This document shows positions 56,579-64,000 of a DNA stretch of 64,000 nucleotides, in pieces. The notes under the pieces are model-generated. The model was not told where the DNA came from. It searched no databases and saw only the letters and a list, made by a program, of their open reading frames with translations. The translations under genes were made by a program, and so were the position numbers. The stretch is from an uncultured Ignavibacteriaceae bacterium (lineage in GTDB: Bacteria > Bacteroidota > Ignavibacteria > UBA10030), in contig CAYIHQ010000002.1 in NCBI GenBank assembly GCA_964362905.1, positions 46,076-110,075 of the forward strand. The letters run 5' to 3'. The stretch's first letter is position 1. Each line of letters opens with the position of its first letter.

Positions 56579-57316
56579 TTAATAATTTTTTAATTCTCTC
56601 AATACTTTAGATGTTAGTAATGCTGCCGATTGAGAGGTGCCAGATAGAACTATCTCTGAGTCATTAATACCTAATCCTTTTACTTCTTTCCCGTCAAGTA
56701 TATAGGTATTTTTGCCGAAAGAATAATTACTAGTAGCATTAAGATCTTTATTATTTTTACCATTCATTACTACCATGATTCTTTTATCGCACATAGCAGG
56801 GTAACTTTTATATCTGTCTATGTTGAGGCTATTATTCCCTGCTGCGGCTATAACTTTTATTCCCTTGTCTAAAGCCCTAGTTAGTAGAGCGCATTCTAAC
56901 TTAGAATGATATAATCCCGAAATAGATAGATTAATTATTGCTACTTTTAAAGCGATTGCGTGAGAAATAGCCTTGATTACTGTCGATAAAGTATCAACTT
57001 TAGGGTTTTTATCAAAATATTTTAATTCAACTATACAATAGTTAATCTTATCATTACCAGAAGCTATTAAGCTACTTATATGAGTGCCGTGGGAGTGGTT
57101 GTCCATGACAGAAGTACCTGTAAAGTCTTTATGCCCACTTTTACATAGTTTGGGTTTACTTAGCTTAGAGTTGTGCCATTTGCTGGCAAAGTCAAATCCA
57201 GTATCAATGACTGCCACCTTAATTTGTTTAGCATGGGCATACGGCTGCACAACAAATACCGTCAAAATGCTAAGCACTATAATTGCCCATTTCTTATTTA
57301 TGTTTCCCATAAGCAC
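56579..57316 (-). CDS. subtilisin-like (S8) serine protease with signal peptide
   Basis: VAVIDTG (Asp), HGTHISS (His), GTSQSAA (Ser). N-terminal hydrophobic signal. Confidence 0.65.
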   Translation of the reverse strand: MLMGNINKKWAIIVLSILTVFVVQPYAHAKQIKVAVIDTGFDFASKWHNSKLSKPKLCKSGHKDFTGTSVMDNHSHGTHISSLIASGNDKINYCIVELKYFDKNPKVDTLSTVIKAISHAIALKVAIINLSISGLYHSKLECALLTRALDKGIKVIAAAGNNSLNIDRYKSYPAMCDKRIMVVMNGKNNKDLNATSNYSFGKNTYILDGKEVKGLGINDSEIVLSGTSQSAALLTSKVLRELKNY

Positions 57317-57341
57317 CTCATTATTATGCTATGCAATTAGC

Positions 57342-57590
57342 TTACCAGGCCCATTTACAGCTTATTTGCTTCTCTATAGCGGCTTTCTGTATAAGAAACA
57401 GCCAACTGCTGTATTCTTTGACGATCTTAGGGGTATATTGCTTATCTAAATGTTCAACTATCTTGTTTAAGCCCGATTGTATATATAAGGCTTCTCCAGC
57501 CTTTTTTATAGCCTCTTCCTCATTATTTGCCTTGGTTATCTGGCATGTCAGGAATAGCATCAGATTTAATAATACCATCTTTAGAACCAT
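57342..57590 (-). CDS. small secreted protein next to the subtilase (possible propeptide/inhibitor); overlaps the next ORF
   Basis: Signal peptide MVLKMVLLNLMLFLTC. A 68-nt overlap with 57523..57849 makes one of the two starts uncertain. Confidence 0.25.
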   Translation of the reverse strand: MVLKMVLLNLMLFLTCQITKANNEEEAIKKAGEALYIQSGLNKIVEHLDKQYTPKIVKEYSSWLFLIQKAAIEKQISCKWAW

Positions 57591-57849
57591 ATAACACCTT
57601 CATTACATCAGGATTAACTTTTACATAGGTTAAGTTAATAAGTTGTTTTGGCACCTTGAAACAATCGCAATCATCCCCTTTATCCTCATCTTCAAGCCTT
57701 AGCCACACATTAAGGGAGTCGATTTTGATAACAAAATATAATTTCTTATTGCCCTTATCCATAAGGAAATTATTTTTATGGATCTCTTCTTTTAGGGTAC
57801 TCATATTATACCTTCTTGTCAAATAAAATTTTGGTAGCTTTAGTATCAA
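57523..57849 (-). CDS. small array protein with internal ...VMKVLYGSKDG motif
   Basis: Motif about 20 aa from the C-terminus. Confidence 0.4.
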   Translation of the reverse strand: MILKLPKFYLTRRYNMSTLKEEIHKNNFLMDKGNKKLYFVIKIDSLNVWLRLEDEDKGDDCDCFKVPKQLINLTYVKVNPDVMKVLYGSKDGIIKSDAIPDMPDNQGK

Positions 57850-58063
57850 TTATTTCTAGATACTCATCATCACTGTCTCTAATATAAAATTCAGTACAAT
57901 ATACATCTTCTAGTTCCATAACGGAAAGTGTTTCTAAGGCTCTCCTATAATGCGCCAGCGCAAATCCTAAAAGAATATCAGCATCCCACGCATGTACCTT
58001 ATTACATAGGTCTTCGATAGCTTGTTCTTTGATTAGAGTAATCTTTCTTTTCTTCTTGCTCAT
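57806..58063 (-). CDS. small array protein ending ...ATKILFDKKV
   Basis: C-terminal motif. Confidence 0.4.
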   Translation of the reverse strand: MSKKKRKITLIKEQAIEDLCNKVHAWDADILLGFALAHYRRALETLSVMELEDVYCTEFYIRDSDDEYLEIIDTKATKILFDKKV

Positions 58064-58205
58064 CTTGAAGTTCCTTTTCTGCCTGTTTTAGCAATCGTTT
58101 AAATCTGTCGCCATCATATTGAGCCACATACTGTTGTCTAAACTTTAAGAAAGCTAGGCGATCTTGTGTCGAAATACAAACCATCAGTTCTTCTAATGCA
58201 TCCAT
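58002..58205 (-). CDS. small helical protein (67 aa)
   Basis: ORF. Confidence 0.3.
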   Translation of the reverse strand: MDALEELMVCISTQDRLAFLKFRQQYVAQYDGDRFKRLLKQAEKELQDEQEEKKDYSNQRTSYRRPM

Positions 58206-58804
58206 TACTTATTACTCCCATATAATACTTTTACCATTTTGTCGCCTTGAGTTTCATAGCCAGCAAGTAAGCTGTCTAAATCCAGACTGCTTAGTTCGGC
58301 TAGTTGAGTTTCCAATCCAGATCGTTCGTTATTATATTCTTGAATATAATTATCATGTTGCTCGGTGATAGATTTGATCTTCTCTGGTAATTCTTTTTGA
58401 ATCCTTTTTATGGACTCTGATTTGTTATAAATAGATTTTTCTATATTTAGCATAAGAGATTTTCTTACCTCATCTGGAGTTGAAATTTTAGTATTGGCAT
58501 TAACTTTTTTAATTGAAAGTGGTTTATTTAGTATATTCGCACCATTCCAATTTGAGCTAAACCAGTTATTAACAAAATATTTGCTAGCATTTTCATAGCT
58601 GTATTTGCACTTTTTACGGAGAGAATTTAATCTGGTAACTTCTGCTATCGCAGAAGCCTCATCGTAATAGATACAATCTTCATGAGGATAATTTTTTCGG
58701 CAAGTTATAAATCCTATGCGAACAAAAAATGTATTTCCATTATGTTTTTTAGTAATAACATAAGCGTTGTTAAGGTTTTTGAGTTTTAGATATTTATTTT
58801 CCAT
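58205..58804 (-). CDS. array protein (199 aa) ending ...MVKVLYGSNK
   Basis: C-terminal motif. Coiled-coil middle. Confidence 0.45.
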   Translation of the reverse strand: MENKYLKLKNLNNAYVITKKHNGNTFFVRIGFITCRKNYPHEDCIYYDEASAIAEVTRLNSLRKKCKYSYENASKYFVNNWFSSNWNGANILNKPLSIKKVNANTKISTPDEVRKSLMLNIEKSIYNKSESIKRIQKELPEKIKSITEQHDNYIQEYNNERSGLETQLAELSSLDLDSLLAGYETQGDKMVKVLYGSNK

Positions 58805-58806
58805 AA

Positions 58807-59037
58807 TTAACCTGCAATCTTTTTATTTTTGAAGTCAACATATACTATGTTTTTGTACTTAGGGTATTCTTCAAATAAGACAAACCTGTTATTCATAGTT
58901 TGAGCATTATACCTTCCATAAGTATTGTTTTCATACGCTACCGTAAAGAGCCCTGCTTTGAATTCTTCTAGTACTCCATTGAGATTTCTTTTTGTGCAAT
59001 AGACTTTGTCTCCCAATCTAAACTCTCGTGCTTTCAT
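58807..59037 (-). CDS. small array protein (76 aa), KOW/SH3-like start MKAREFRLGDKVY
   Basis: RBS GAGGAG. Lies downstream of a promoter-like element. Confidence 0.45.
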   Translation of the reverse strand: MKAREFRLGDKVYCTKRNLNGVLEEFKAGLFTVAYENNTYGRYNAQTMNNRFVLFEEYPKYKNIVYVDFKNKKIAG

Positions 59038-59056
59038 ATTTTACTCCTCATACAAT

Positions 59057-59116
59057 AATACTAATGCAGTATTGGTGCCAGTTCAGTCCTCATTATATTC
59101 GTTCTGAGTGTTTATG
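59057..59116 (-). promoter_or_regulatory. promoter-like element (minus strand CACTCAGAACGAATATAAT) plus downstream 6-bp hairpin aatact-aatgc-agtatt
   Basis: Perfect TATAAT about 45 nt upstream of the GAGGAG/ATG of 58807..59037. About 80% identical to the copy at 63822..63882. Confidence 0.4.
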
Positions 59117-59412
59117 TTGTTTACACTGTCCATATTTTGATTGACACTTTCGCTATAGAGTAGCTCAAAGGTCTTAGGTGGCGCTTTCACTTTTTTACCG
59201 AATTTTGTGTATAAAATAGCATCTCGATCTTCAAAAATACCCTTAGATATAAAAATTTTTTTATTTTCTGTAACATCCCACTCTTCAGTTACTACATAAT
59301 TAGGATTAAGTGGATCTATTTTAATAATTTTTACTAAAGTTCCTAGTATTCCCATATCAGTACTTTTGTATCCTACCACATCCATAAAATACCAGTCATT
59401 TACTTTTATCAT
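59083..59412 (-). CDS. small array protein with ...TFELLYSES motif
   Basis: Motif near the C-terminus. Its 3' end overlaps a promoter-like element. Confidence 0.4.
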   Translation of the reverse strand: MIKVNDWYFMDVVGYKSTDMGILGTLVKIIKIDPLNPNYVVTEEWDVTENKKIFISKGIFEDRDAILYTKFGKKVKAPPKTFELLYSESVNQNMDSVNNINTQNEYNED

Positions 59413-59561
59413 ATGCTGCCATTTCTTTGTAGTTGAAGGGATTATTTATGATGTCATTAGTATAATATTCCATACAATCTACTTGTTCCCCTTGAATTAT
59501 ATATTTAGGGTTTATAGCTTCAAGATTAGGACATAATTGTATAATTAAAGCAGTTATAATT

Positions 59562-59783
59562 TCAATTGTCATTTTCTAGTTCCCATACATTAAAGTCCAA
59601 ATATTCTCGTCCGTCAAAATCAGTTTCTCTACGACAACATTTACCTTTAGGAGGTAGCATTCCCCATTTTTCTAATTGAGCAAGTAATACTTTAGCCTGA
59701 CCGTAAGTCCCATCCATTCGCATAGTAGATTGATCTCTACCCAGCCATTTACCTATATTGGTTATCATTTCACTTCGTTTCAT
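59562..59783 (-). CDS. GMLPP-motif small protein, paralog 3
   Basis: MKRSEM...WGMLPP...WELENDN. Confidence 0.45.
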   Translation of the reverse strand: MKRSEMITNIGKWLGRDQSTMRMDGTYGQAKVLLAQLEKWGMLPPKGKCCRRETDFDGREYLDFNVWELENDN

Positions 59784-59994
59784 TATCAGTCTCCTGTTTC
59801 TTTACTTCATAAATGCTGTCGAACCACCAGAAAAATACAATCCAAAATGTGAATGCGGCGGCAATTGCAGAGAAACTATCTAGATGCTTTAAGGTATTAG
59901 AAATACCATTATACAATAGTATCATACAGATTAATGTGATTCTATTCATATTAATAACTCTTGAGTTGATAGCGATAATTACCTCTAGTATCAT
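59770..59994 (-). CDS. small membrane protein (74 aa)
   Basis: Two TM segments. Confidence 0.35.
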   Translation of the reverse strand: MILEVIIAINSRVINMNRITLICMILLYNGISNTLKHLDSFSAIAAAFTFWIVFFWWFDSIYEVKKQETDNETK

Positions 59995-60202
59995 AAACCT
60001 TAATTACGCTAGTATGCTCATCTTTTGTAATACCCCAACTTTCGGGGATCGGAACTTCAAGGCACTGCATCTCATTTCTTACAGCAGCATAAAAATCATC
60101 TATCTCGTAATTATTAATTTGAATTTCTCCAATATAGTTAGTATTATTGATACTTCCAAAGCGATCAGCATATATTTGTAGTACTTCAAAATTTTTATAC
60201 AT
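59951..60202 (-). CDS. small array protein (83 aa)
   Basis: ORF. Confidence 0.35.
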   Translation of the reverse strand: MYKNFEVLQIYADRFGSINNTNYIGEIQINNYEIDDFYAAVRNEMQCLEVPIPESWGITKDEHTSVIKVYDTRGNYRYQLKSY

Positions 60203-60387
60203 TAGTTCATCTCCTGTTTAGACATTTGTTTGAGTATCTTATCAATTCGATTGAATACATATTCAGATATATAACCTTCTTTATCTTTGCCCATAAGGGC
60301 GGCGATAACTAGGGCTAAAAACTCGCTATCGGCGTAGGTCTCTAATTCGCTGGAGGTTATTTTTTTAGTCGTTACCTTTTCTTGCAT
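60202..60387 (-). CDS. small hypothetical protein (61 aa)
   Basis: ORF. Confidence 0.3.
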   Translation of the reverse strand: MQEKVTTKKITSSELETYADSEFLALVIAALMGKDKEGYISEYVFNRIDKILKQMSKQEMN

Positions 60388-60616
60388 GATACTCCTCTCT
60401 TACTTCGTGCCAAGGCTTAATAGGCCATTTAGTAGTGGTGCGTTCTTTATACATTTTCATATATTCTGCAAGTATAATTAGCTGTTCGTCAAGCTTTTCT
60501 TTAGTTTGGTTGTCAATTTTTTTATCTTCGAGGGCCATCTCAAGAATGATCTTCATGTTAGCAATACCATTTAATTCCATATTAAGCCACCCAATTCCAG
60601 CCGTCGCATGGTGCAA
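60365..60616 (-). CDS. small hypothetical protein (83 aa)
   Basis: ORF. Confidence 0.35.
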   Translation of the reverse strand: MHHATAGIGWLNMELNGIANMKIILEMALEDKKIDNQTKEKLDEQLIILAEYMKMYKERTTTKWPIKPWHEVREEYHARKGND

Positions 60617-60827
60617 GATCTGTTAAGTCCCTTGTTCTAGACACGATATGACCCTTTAATTCAGACATATAGACATCGCCCATTTCAGTCTCAAAGCCCA
60701 TCACAACGCATTGAATCACATCATCCTTAAACTTATTATCAGTGACATAATATTCCCAGCCATTTCTCAAAATGATATGTTCTACAATATTAATTTGACT
60801 GCCATATTGATTCTGCATTTTTCTCAT
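60582..60827 (-). CDS. small hypothetical protein (81 aa)
   Basis: ORF. Confidence 0.35.
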   Translation of the reverse strand: MRKMQNQYGSQINIVEHIILRNGWEYYVTDNKFKDDVIQCVVMGFETEMGDVYMSELKGHIVSRTRDLTDLAPCDGWNWVA

Positions 60828-60837
60828 CTTGAACTCC

Positions 60838-61074
60838 TTAGTTAGTTGTTACATTATTACCATACAATACCTGTGCCATAGGACTATATTCATAATTCGT
60901 GAGTAATCTCGTGTAGCTGAGTGTATAATACAATTTATTAGGGCTGTTAATAGGTTGGACATCATACGCATGTATACCGTCCTCACTCTCAAAAACCTCA
61001 ACAATTCTAATTATGTATCCAATGTGCCGATTTCTAAAGCAATCGCCTATTTTATATACAGTCTTATTTTCCAT
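60838..61074 (-). CDS. small array protein: N-terminal YKIGDCF, C-terminal ...AQVLYGNN
   Basis: Motifs at both ends. Confidence 0.45.
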   Translation of the reverse strand: MENKTVYKIGDCFRNRHIGYIIRIVEVFESEDGIHAYDVQPINSPNKLYYTLSYTRLLTNYEYSPMAQVLYGNNVTTN

Positions 61075-61300
61075 ATAATAACCTTATAACCTCCGAATGT
61101 GTCCCTAATGGTCTATATAGCTCTATTAGCCTCTCCAATGGCATGTAACTAGTAACACCTTCGTTCTCAAACACCAAAGCCTTATATACCACATCGGCAG
61201 GTATTAACGGAGTATTAAGCATAATTACGGCTTTTACTACGGATATCTTATCTCTTACAGTATCGTATATAAATATGCCGTCATGATAAGGATTATTCAT
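61064..61300 (-). CDS. small array protein ending ...VIRLLYGK
   Basis: C-terminal motif. Confidence 0.45.
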   Translation of the reverse strand: MNNPYHDGIFIYDTVRDKISVVKAVIMLNTPLIPADVVYKALVFENEGVTSYMPLERLIELYRPLGTHSEVIRLLYGK

Positions 61301-61595
61301 ATAACACCTTCACACCTCTATCACCTTTAATCATAGCAGCTACAACCTTAAACTCTTCATCAACGGCCATTGCTACTAATCCACTAAACGTAGGAATCAT
61401 ATGCTTATGATAAAATAAATCAAGTCCTAGTTTATTGAATGTTTCACTTCGAATAGCTACAAAAGTCTGAACGGTGTCTTCAAAGCCCGCAGTATAATTT
61501 TTTTGTGGATATTCGTACACATTAACAATACATTCTAGTGGCATAAGAAACTTAGTCTTTCCAGTTGTTAGAGTTATACTATTACTAAAATTCAT
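61293..61595 (-). CDS. small array protein ending ...GVKVLYE
   Basis: RBS AGGGAG. Lies downstream of the AT-rich palindrome region. Confidence 0.45.
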   Translation of the reverse strand: MNFSNSITLTTGKTKFLMPLECIVNVYEYPQKNYTAGFEDTVQTFVAIRSETFNKLGLDLFYHKHMIPTFSGLVAMAVDEEFKVVAAMIKGDRGVKVLYE

Positions 61596-61618
61596 ATTTA
61601 TCTCCCTAGTATATTATA

Positions 61619-61657
61619 AGTAATACAATCTATTTTTAATAAATAGATTGTATTACT
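61619..61657. promoter_or_regulatory. perfect 17-bp inverted repeat (agtaatacaatctattt / aaatagattgtattact, 5-nt spacer) in a 195-bp AT-rich gap
   Basis: Read directly. On the minus strand it is immediately followed by TATAAT, then AGGGAG and the ATG of 61293..61595. Confidence 0.5.
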
Positions 61658-61789
61658 ATATTATATATATATATTATATAATACTTATTATATATATCCT
61701 ATAGTATATTATACATTGAATCACATATAAAACAATTAATATTTTACATTTATTATTACTTATTTGAATAATCTAATAATATTAAGTCC

Positions 61790-62044
61790 TTACTTTCCAT
61801 ATAATAGCTGTAGTGCTTTATAATTTATTTGACTTTCGTTATCTACTGATGCTATATAAATAGAGTCATCTGGTCTTGCTTTAGAATAAATTTTATCCTT
61901 TATACACCAACCAGTTTCTCCCTTATAATTAATGCATTTATGGTCAAGACTACAAAATATACGCCTTACCTTTATGGAATCTATCTCCTCATTTACATGA
62001 AAGCCAGTGCCATACTCCATTTTTTTTATAATATATCTAGCCAT
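61790..62044 (-). CDS. small array protein ending ...ALQLLYGK
   Basis: C-terminal motif. Confidence 0.45.
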   Translation of the reverse strand: MARYIIKKMEYGTGFHVNEEIDSIKVRRIFCSLDHKCINYKGETGWCIKDKIYSKARPDDSIYIASVDNESQINYKALQLLYGK

Positions 62045-62047
62045 ACA

Positions 62048-62329
62048 TTATTCCTTTTTTCCATATAGCAGTTTTAAACTATTTACATTACCTCTAAATA
62101 ACTGTGTTTGTCTATCAAAATCTGACACTTTATATTCATTAACCATATTTAAGTGCCTATGTGTAGGGGCTGTCATAAGACACCTAAGTTTATATTCAGA
62201 ATTTGTCTTTCTTGGAGAATTAAATATTTCGAATATTATAAATTTGGTTTTGTCTATAGGAAAGAATACAATAGCTAAATCTCCCTTTTTATATTTAGGT
62301 TTAATCTGCATATAAAACCTCAAAAGCAT
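62048..62329 (-). CDS. small array protein: N-terminal KKGDLAIV, C-terminal ...LKLLYGKKE
   Basis: Motifs. Confidence 0.45.
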   Translation of the reverse strand: MLLRFYMQIKPKYKKGDLAIVFFPIDKTKFIIFEIFNSPRKTNSEYKLRCLMTAPTHRHLNMVNEYKVSDFDRQTQLFRGNVNSLKLLYGKKE

Positions 62330-62654
62330 CTAATTTGTTACTAATATATTTCCACTTAACATCCTCAACCTTAAATGGTGGCAGGTCTCCAGTCATCTTC
62401 TTAGCCCACAGTACCTCCAACTTGAATAAGCCGTCATCACCCCATTGATAAAATGTACAGTCTTTTCTTCCCCAAGATAAACCCCATGTTAAATACTCTA
62501 ACACAGACTCTATGTTATTAGTTAAACTAAGTTGTTTTTTGTGGTCTATACTTTCATATTCTGATAATACAACAATATTACCGCAGCTTTTAGTAGTTCT
62601 ATAGTAATTAAAGGGGTATCCCTTTTGAGTTGTACTTTTAGTAAAATAAATCAT
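62301..62654 (-). CDS. small array protein ending ...AFEVLYAD
   Basis: C-terminal motif. Confidence 0.4.
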   Translation of the reverse strand: MIYFTKSTTQKGYPFNYYRTTKSCGNIVVLSEYESIDHKKQLSLTNNIESVLEYLTWGLSWGRKDCTFYQWGDDGLFKLEVLWAKKMTGDLPPFKVEDVKWKYISNKLDAFEVLYAD

Positions 62655-62655
62655 T

Positions 62656-62913
62656 TTATACCTTTCTGATTACCTTCTTACTATATAATAATTGTGCCGC
62701 TCTACTAACATATGTTAAAGTAGCAATTTCACTAGAAGTCCAAAGAAACGCCTTAGTACTGTAACTAGCATGAGGATATTGGAATAGATTGGTTACAAAA
62801 TATTTACAATAATCTTGGTCGCATAAATGCTTACCAACTATTTCAAGAATATCCCCAGTAAACTTATGCCTTAGAAACATGCCAACTTTATACTCACTCA
62901 CATCTGAATCCAT
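62656..62913 (-). CDS. small array protein: N-terminal YKVGMFL, C-terminal ...AAQLLYSKKVIRKV
   Basis: Motifs. Confidence 0.45.
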   Translation of the reverse strand: MDSDVSEYKVGMFLRHKFTGDILEIVGKHLCDQDYCKYFVTNLFQYPHASYSTKAFLWTSSEIATLTYVSRAAQLLYSKKVIRKV

Positions 62914-62921
62914 ATGAAATT

Positions 62922-63155
62922 TTATCCTTTTAAAGAATACAGTAAATTTAATATTTTATGCGGCTTGTAACATGTCAAAAATCCTTTTATACTTAACCTC
63001 CTAGAAATAAAACTACGGTAATTATCATGTCTATAGTAGCTATATAGTAGAGTGTTTGGCCATACTTCGTTAATAACTACTACATCATATATGTCTTCAG
63101 ACTGTTTAAGTATCCAATAAGTATTAGGTTTTATGTCTATTGCATTAATTTTCAT
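62922..63155 (-). CDS. small array protein ending ...ILNLLYSLKG
   Basis: C-terminal motif. Confidence 0.45.
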   Translation of the reverse strand: MKINAIDIKPNTYWILKQSEDIYDVVVINEVWPNTLLYSYYRHDNYRSFISRRLSIKGFLTCYKPHKILNLLYSLKG

Positions 63156-63157
63156 TT

Positions 63158-63436
63158 TTAGCTCCCATACAATAGTCTATAAGCTATAGGAATAGCCTTG
63201 TCATATTTATGAATCAATATAAACTCAGTACCTATTATATTATAAAAATCCCAACCATTATGTTTAGCACTACCTTTGGTAAAGAAGTTATATTTATTAT
63301 TTTCTTTTTGTGTTACAAGCACTTCATATTCGAACCAAGGGAATACATAGAAGGGACTTGATTTTTCAATTATTTTAGTAATTTTAATGACAACATCAAG
63401 CTTAGGATGCCATAAAATATTACCTACTTTAATCAT
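63158..63436 (-). CDS. small array protein: N-terminal MIKVGNIL, C-terminal ...YRLLYGS
   Basis: Motifs. Confidence 0.45.
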   Translation of the reverse strand: MIKVGNILWHPKLDVVIKITKIIEKSSPFYVFPWFEYEVLVTQKENNKYNFFTKGSAKHNGWDFYNIIGTEFILIHKYDKAIPIAYRLLYGS

Positions 63437-63438
63437 AA

Positions 63439-63666
63439 TTAGCCCTTTTGTAAAAATAAGATTTTAGCGGCTTCACTAAAAGGAACACAATGCTTTTTAT
63501 CGACTTCCCAGAACCCATTTAGATGTATAGATCTTACAAAGTTACTAATTATATACAAATTTGTGACTAGTATTTTACTGCTATGGTCTGCGTCAGAGTC
63601 GCATATACCAGAATAACCTTTTAAATAACCAGCAACAATTAATACTCTATCCCCTATTTTAAACAC
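63439..63666 (-). CDS. small array protein: N-terminal MFKIGDRVLIV (KOW-like), C-terminal ...AAKILFLQKG
   Basis: Motifs. Confidence 0.45.
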   Translation of the reverse strand: MFKIGDRVLIVAGYLKGYSGICDSDADHSSKILVTNLYIISNFVRSIHLNGFWEVDKKHCVPFSEAAKILFLQKG

Positions 63667-63788
63667 AAATTACACCACCCAAAAACACGACCACATATAG
63701 GTAATATTAACACTATAGCTAAGAAATCAGCACCATCTTTAATATTGACTACACAAACTGTAAGTAATATAACTGCGTAAGTTGTCAT
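63654..63788 (-). CDS. possible 44-aa hydrophobic peptide (below the ORF-track cutoff), first gene after the promoter-like element
   Basis: ATG at 63788 preceded by AAGAAAGGG. Translates MTTYAVILLTVCVVNIKDGADFLAIVLILPICGRVFGWCNLCLK. Confidence 0.2.
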   Translation of the reverse strand: MTTYAVILLTVCVVNIKDGADFLAIVLILPICGRVFGWCNLCLK

Positions 63789-63821
63789 AAATCACTTGCC
63801 CTTTCTTAAATATCTTATATT

Positions 63822-63882
63822 AATTCTAATGCAGAATCGATGCCAGCCTAGCTGCCACTATATTCGTTCTGAGTGTCTATAG
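63822..63882 (-). promoter_or_regulatory. second copy of the promoter-like element (CACTCAGAACGAATATAGT) with hairpin attct-aatgc-agaat
   Basis: Lies in the 210-bp non-coding region at the head of the minus-strand array. The hairpin stem differs from copy 1 but remains complementary. Confidence 0.4.
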
Positions 63883-64000
63883 CTTTTACATTGTATAATT
63901 TTTGGTTGACACCACAAATCCCAATGCGTAGCACACTTGCCTACCTTTTAAACAATTGTCTATTCTGTAGGCAGTTTATCTAAGTACAGTACTTTAGCTA

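Noticed and set aside
1-64000. Integrase, transposase, IS or prophage-boundary signals
   Set aside because: No tyrosine or serine recombinase motifs, terminal inverted repeats or att-like duplications were seen. The content is consistent with a virulent phage.

Overview
This window looks like part of a large, AT-rich, virulent tailed-phage genome. Its host is probably Gram-negative, judging by lipoproteins, an Rz/Rz1-like spanin pair, a signal-peptide lytic transglycosylase and secreted proteases. No integrase, CRISPR array or convincing tRNA was found.

Organisation:
- 1..13127, + strand: a tail-fibre module. It holds a 5'-truncated fibre gene, four more large Gly/Ser/Thr-rich fibre proteins, small accessory ORFs and an M15-peptidase endolysin.
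- 13124..63800, almost entirely - strand: an early/middle region. It carries nucleotide-metabolism genes (GMP reductase, peptide deformylase, dNMP kinase, class-II-like ribonucleotide reductase, dUTPase) and a replication module (family-A DNA polymerase, two DEDD exonucleases, ATP-dependent ligase, primase-helicase). It also carries two recombination systems (RecA-like recombinase, RuvC-like resolvase, ERF annealase with a Cas4-like exonuclease and a phosphoesterase, endonuclease VII), two paralogous HNH endonucleases, five peptidases of different clans, and a MoxR-type AAA+ ATPase paired with a vWA/HExxH protein.

Most unusual features:
1. A very large family (more than 20 members) of small proteins that share a C-terminal (K/R/Q)-(V/L/I)-L-(Y/F)-(G/S)-(K/S) motif. 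Fifteen of them sit in one tandem array at 55.7-63.7 kb.
2. Three paralogous proteins whose cores are variable 15/30-nt tandem repeats encoding (AVYAAVYAA[N/D])n.
3. A conserved promoter-like element followed by a hairpin whose stem differs between the two copies but stays complementary.
4. A perfect 17-bp palindrome in an AT-rich gap within the small-gene array.

All functional calls come from motif recognition by eye; no searches were run.
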